DNA of 64,000 nucleotides from an uncultured delta proteobacterium (lineage in GTDB: Bacteria > Desulfobacterota > Zymogenia > Zymogenales > Zymogenaceae): contig CAWBYW010000007.1 in the NCBI GenBank assembly GCA_963792965.1, positions 160,001 through 224,000 of the forward strand. The letters run 5' to 3'. Below are positions 59,664-64,000 of this stretch, piece by piece. Position 1 is the first letter of the stretch. Every line of letters starts with the position of its first letter. A program made the position numbers and the translations under genes. The notes below the pieces were generated by a model, which searched no databases, had not been told where the DNA came from, and worked only from the letters and a program-made list of their open reading frames with translations.

Positions 59664-60194
59664 TCACTGGTATTTCTTCATCGCCTCAATGACGTCAGGA
59701 AGGGTAAACCGGTCTTTACCCTCAAGGAACCGACGCGAGAGCTCATAGTATACCTGGGCGGACTGCGCAATCGCCGCCCGATCCGCCTTTCCCTCCTTGA
59801 TCTGAGCAGGAACACCGAGGACGAGCGATCCCTCGGGAACCCTCATCCCGGGAGGGATGACGCATCCCCCGCCAACGATGCAGTGGCTGCCCACGTGCGC
59901 GCCGTCGAGGATCGTGCTGTTCATCCCGACAATTACGTAGTCTTCAATGCTGCAGGCATGGAGCACGGCGCCATGTCCGACCGTCACGTAATCACCGACG
60001 GTCGTCTTCATCGCGGGAGTGGCGTGAATAACCACGTTGTCCTGGATGCTCGTGTACCGGCCGATACGAATAGCATTGAAATCCCCCCGCATGACGGCGC
60101 CCGGCCAAACGCTTGAGTTCACCCCGATCGTCACGTCCCCGAGGATCACCGACGTTGGGTGTATGAAGATTCGGTTATCCAGATCCGATTTCAC
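59664..60194 (-). CDS. Gamma-carbonic anhydrase family (hexapeptide repeat) protein
   Basis: VWPGAVMRGD, IQDNVVIH, TVGHGAVLHAC. Confidence 0.93.
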   Translation of the reverse strand: MKSDLDNRIFIHPTSVILGDVTIGVNSSVWPGAVMRGDFNAIRIGRYTSIQDNVVIHATPAMKTTVGDYVTVGHGAVLHACSIEDYVIVGMNSTILDGAHVGSHCIVGGGCVIPPGMRVPEGSLVLGVPAQIKEGKADRAAIAQSAQVYYELSRRFLEGKDRFTLPDVIEAMKKYQ

Positions 60195-61114
60195 TATATA
60201 ATCCCCCGTATTTCGTCAAGACGTGCGATGCCGCCGTCTTCCATGTACGTTTCGATCCCCTCGATGACGGTGACGCACGTGCGCGGATCGATGAAGTTGG
60301 CGGTACCGACCTGAACCGCCGAGGCCCCCACCATGATGAACTCAAGTGCGTCCTCGGCGGTCATAATTCCGCCGATCCCAATGACCGGTATCGACACCGC
60401 GTGCGCCGCCTCCCATACCATCCTCAGTGCCACGGGCTTGATCGCAGGGCCGGAGAGGCCCGCTTTGATGTTCTTGAAGTATGCTCGTCGATTCTTATGA
60501 TCGACAGCCATTCCCATGAGGGTGTTGATGAGGGAGACCGCGTCGGCCCCTCCGTCCTGGGCGGCCGTCGCCAGCGGTTTGATGTCGGTTACGTTTGGGG
60601 TGAGCTTTGCGATCACGGGTTTGCCGGACTCCTCCCTGACCGACCTCACGATCGTCTTGACCAGCTTAGGGTCGGTGCCGAAGATCAGCCCCCCCTTGTC
60701 GACGTTGGGGCAGGAGAGGTTCACCTCCAACACGTCCACGCGATCGACGTTACGGAAAGCGGCCGCCGCCTCGTTGTATTCCTGGATTGATTCCCCGTAG
60801 ATGTTGACGATGATACGCGTATCGTACGCCGAAAGCTTCGGGAGGATTTCTTCGATGAGACGGCGCGCCCCGATGTTCTGGACGCCGATGGAGTTCAACA
60901 GGCCCGACGCGGTCTCAAACAGTCTCGGCGGCTCGTTGCCGGCCCTCGGTCGGGCGGATATTCCTTTTGTTACAATGGCGCCGATTCGGTTGAGATCGGC
61001 AAAGGGCTCAAGCTCAAGGCCGTAGCCGACCGTCCCGGAGGCCCCCATTACCGGATTTTTGAAGGTCACCCCGAACATCGTAACGGAAAGATCGGGACTC
61101 ATATCTTTTCCCAT
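60194..61114 (-). CDS. pyrD: Dihydroorotate dehydrogenase 1B catalytic subunit
   Basis: KNPVMGASGT, NLSCPN, KLTPNVTD, GLSGPAIKP. Confidence 0.95.
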   Translation of the reverse strand: MGKDMSPDLSVTMFGVTFKNPVMGASGTVGYGLELEPFADLNRIGAIVTKGISARPRAGNEPPRLFETASGLLNSIGVQNIGARRLIEEILPKLSAYDTRIIVNIYGESIQEYNEAAAAFRNVDRVDVLEVNLSCPNVDKGGLIFGTDPKLVKTIVRSVREESGKPVIAKLTPNVTDIKPLATAAQDGGADAVSLINTLMGMAVDHKNRRAYFKNIKAGLSGPAIKPVALRMVWEAAHAVSIPVIGIGGIMTAEDALEFIMVGASAVQVGTANFIDPRTCVTVIEGIETYMEDGGIARLDEIRGII

Positions 61115-61860
61115 CGGATCTGTTTCACGTCAAATACCGGCCCGTCCTTACAGGTGAGGAGATATTCGCCGTCCGCGCCCTTAACGGCGCATCCGAGGCA
61201 CATGCCCATTCCGCATGCCATCCGCTCCTCGAAGGAGACGAAAGCTTCAAAGCCGATCTTTTTCGACAGGCGGTTAATCTCGGCAAGCATCCTGTTCGGA
61301 CCGCAGGCGTAGATGAGGTCGTCGGCCCTTGCACGACTTTCGAGGGCCGATATCGCACTTCCCCGCTCACCGAAGCTCCCGTCCTCCGTCACGAATACGG
61401 TCTCGAGGGCGAGATCACGTGCGTCTTCGGTTATGAAGGTGACGTCGCCCTTCGTCTTGCCCCCCATGATCAACAGCGGTCGTGGCTCGATCGACTCGGC
61501 AAGGGCGATCAGCGGCGGAGCGCCGATTGCTCCCGCCACAAGTATCACGCGTCGCCCGGTGTCCGGCCTCGGAAACGGCCTTCCGAGCGGCCCGATGAGA
61601 TGGATCGGTTGTCCCGCCGCGGTGCGCGAGAGCTTTTTTGTGCCCCTGCCCGCTACCCGGTAGATGATTTCGATAGTGTCGATTTCTTCCAGGAAGCGCG
61701 CGATGGAGAAAGGCCGCCCGAGGAGGGGATCGGTCCCCCACTCTCCCCGAACCATGACGAACTGGCCCGGCTCTCCGCTCGCTACCGGCCCCACATCGGA
61801 AAGCGTCATCTTATAGTAGCCGGGACCAAGTTCCCTATTCCCTACGATCCGCGCCTTCAT
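61099..61860 (-). CDS. pyrK: Dihydroorotate dehydrogenase electron-transfer subunit
   Basis: PGQFVMV, RPFSI, ACGP, MACGMGMCLGC..CKDGPVF. Confidence 0.94.
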   Translation of the reverse strand: MKARIVGNRELGPGYYKMTLSDVGPVASGEPGQFVMVRGEWGTDPLLGRPFSIARFLEEIDTIEIIYRVAGRGTKKLSRTAAGQPIHLIGPLGRPFPRPDTGRRVILVAGAIGAPPLIALAESIEPRPLLIMGGKTKGDVTFITEDARDLALETVFVTEDGSFGERGSAISALESRARADDLIYACGPNRMLAEINRLSKKIGFEAFVSFEERMACGMGMCLGCAVKGADGEYLLTCKDGPVFDVKQIRWEKI

Positions 61861-64000
61861 AAACCGCCCGATAAATGCTTTCGGTATTGAGAATCCTCTT
61901 GACGTAACCCTTTGTCTCCGCAAACGGGATATTCTCGATAAACTCGTCCATCTCCATGTCCGGGTCACTGTTCTTGATCCATTTCCTGGTGTTTCCCGGG
62001 CCCGCGTTATAACTACACAGGGCGTAAACCTTTTCGCCGTTGAAATCCTTCATCAGGCCGCTCAGGTAGTATGCGCCGAATCTAATGTTTGTCTGATAGT
62101 CGGCAAGATCCCAGACCTTGAACTCGGTCATCCCGAGCTCCGACGCAATAGTCCTTCCCGTCGTCGGCATAATCTGCATGACTCCGATTGCCCCCGCCCA
62201 GGAGTTAACCCGCGGCTGAAAGAGGCTCTCCTCACGCATGACCGCGTAGACAAGGGAAGGCTCAAGGCGGTATTCCCGAGCGTACCGCTCGACCTCCTTT
62301 TTGTATCCCGTGGGGTATTTCATTTGCCAGTAGAGCTCGTTTTGTCCCGGATGGTACTCGGAAAGCAGATGCGAGAAGCGGCTCGTGGCGATAAGGATCG
62401 GGGTGTAATAATCCCCCGAGTATCTCAGGAGGCGGGCCACCTCGACAAGGAGCTCGGGGCTACCGACACAGCGATCCACGACCAGATTGAGCTCCTTTGC
62501 CGCCGCGTCGTCGAGGTTCATCGTCATCAGCTGGAGCGCCTCTGCAAGATGAGAAGTGATTCTCTTGTCGGAGGTAAGGGAGTCGAATCTGCCGAAGTCC
62601 CTCGTCCAGTAGCTCTCGTCGAAGGTCTTCTTATTTGAAGGCGCGTCCGCCGGCACCCCGAGCTTCTTGAGCCGGTCCTGCGCCTGCAGGCAGTAGTAGG
62701 TTGTGATATATTTTGTCCGGATGGTTTTGTAGAGATCTATTGCCTCGGACAGCTTATTCTGCTTTTCGAGGGCGCGAGCCTGCCAGTAGAGATATTGCGG
62801 GTACTCCTTCCTATCGCTATAGTCACCGGCCATCCGTGCAAAATATTGTTCGGCCTTCGCGTAGTCTTTTTTCATGAAATAGAGCCAGCCGATGGACCAT
62901 AAGACATCGCGCACCTTATCACCACGGGAGTAGCTGGAGAGATAGGTCTCGTAGCATCCAATGGCATCGTCGTATCGTTTCAGCTCCTCATCCGTCCGTG
63001 CCGCCAGGTAGATCGATTCCTCGGCCAGTCCGGTCTTCGGGTATTTGTTGAATATATCGAGATATCCGGCCAGTGCCATGTCGTCTCTGTCGAGCCGATT
63101 ATAGCATTGAGCACGCCAGTAGAGCAGCTCGACACGGGGAAGATTTTCCGGACTGGAAAGGAGCGCCTCGAAGAGCTCGCGGGCACTCTCGTACTTTCCC
63201 GATTTAAAGTACGACTTCGCCTTGAGGTACTCGATCTCCTTATTGATGTTGACGGGTAGCGACCCGGTCTTCTTGCCGAGGAGGGCCGGCATCTCGGCGG
63301 CGGCCGATATGACCCGATCATACGCCTCACCATCATAGAGGTTATCGATCCTCTTTTTCAGCTCCGCTACGGTAAACCCTCCTCCCGCCCCGAGCCGGTT
63401 GATCCCTTCAAAGGCCTTTTCCTGGGCGTCGCTCGTCGGATAGTCGATCCATATCTCCCTGTATAGTGCAAGCGCCTCGTTCTTTCTTCCCATCTCCTCC
63501 AGCGTCTTCCCCTTTTGATAGAGTGTCGAGGGGTATTTTTTTGACTCCTTGTTGTTGAAGAGGAATGCGTCATAGACCGTGAGGGCCGCTTCGTACTTGC
63601 CCATGCCGGCATAGTAGTCACCCATCATGACGGTCATCTGACTGTTCCAGATGCTGTCGGGATGGGTATCCACGCAGCGTTTGGCCGTCTCGAACGCGGC
63701 CTTATACTCTCCCTTTTGAAAGTAGGTCTGGGCCAGATAGTAGAGAGTGTAGTCCTCAAGCTCTCTATAGTTGTCACGGCAATATTCAAAGTAGCGCTGG
63801 GCCTGGTCGTAGTCCTGCAGGTTCATTGCCGCAAGGCCCGCCATAAAGGCGATCTTATCTGCCTGCTCAGGCTTGAGGGTGGTCAGATCGATGGCGTCGG
63901 CCTCGGATAGAAGACGTTGATAGTCCTTCTCGGACATGAGCGAGAGCGCCGACAGAAATTCGTCACCCGGGGCAAAACGCGGAATCTTCTTTACGCAGGC
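61835..64000 (-). CDS. TPR-rich soluble lytic transglycosylase (Slt-like), start beyond the window
   Basis: REESLF, GAIGVMQIMPTT, SYNAGPG, ETKGYVK; frame open to 64000. Confidence 0.92.
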   Translation of the reverse strand, partial: ACVKKIPRFAPGDEFLSALSLMSEKDYQRLLSEADAIDLTTLKPEQADKIAFMAGLAAMNLQDYDQAQRYFEYCRDNYRELEDYTLYYLAQTYFQKGEYKAAFETAKRCVDTHPDSIWNSQMTVMMGDYYAGMGKYEAALTVYDAFLFNNKESKKYPSTLYQKGKTLEEMGRKNEALALYREIWIDYPTSDAQEKAFEGINRLGAGGGFTVAELKKRIDNLYDGEAYDRVISAAAEMPALLGKKTGSLPVNINKEIEYLKAKSYFKSGKYESARELFEALLSSPENLPRVELLYWRAQCYNRLDRDDMALAGYLDIFNKYPKTGLAEESIYLAARTDEELKRYDDAIGCYETYLSSYSRGDKVRDVLWSIGWLYFMKKDYAKAEQYFARMAGDYSDRKEYPQYLYWQARALEKQNKLSEAIDLYKTIRTKYITTYYCLQAQDRLKKLGVPADAPSNKKTFDESYWTRDFGRFDSLTSDKRITSHLAEALQLMTMNLDDAAAKELNLVVDRCVGSPELLVEVARLLRYSGDYYTPILIATSRFSHLLSEYHPGQNELYWQMKYPTGYKKEVERYAREYRLEPSLVYAVMREESLFQPRVNSWAGAIGVMQIMPTTGRTIASELGMTEFKVWDLADYQTNIRFGAYYLSGLMKDFNGEKVYALCSYNAGPGNTRKWIKNSDPDMEMDEFIENIPFAETKGYVKRILNTESIYRAVYEGADRRE

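Overview
Bacterial chromosome segment, moderately GC-rich, from an anaerobe. Gene order (mtaB-rnc-rSAM-era-der; iorAB-paaK-ACT-liv) and gene content suggest Deltaproteobacteria/Desulfobacterota (inference). In order: partial phosphohexomutase and a TPR protein; a tRNA-Gly/Cys/Leu operon; a ~3.9 kb integrase-less islet bounded by a 115-bp repeat of the tRNA-Leu 3' half, carrying an anSME-type radical SAM, a dienelactone hydrolase, two tiny basic ORFs and an orphan tRNA-Pro half; a sugar/hydroxy-acid catabolic cluster built around a nickel-pincer LarA-family enzyme; abfD; a stand-alone [FeFe]-hydrogenase; an aldehyde dehydrogenase; two tandem Moco/Tuco-class riboswitches, each followed only by a Cys-containing micro-ORF, next to a molbindin gene; housekeeping genes; iorAB with three PaaK-like ligases (two with degenerate motifs) and three Liv-type ABC systems; and an operon of an acidic-PPS-repeat ORF, two Ddl-like ATP-grasp ligases and a GNAT. 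About 12 single-base frameshifts break otherwise intact genes; most sit on CGAG/CTCG and are probably long-read errors. All calls come from motif recognition by eye; no searches were run.
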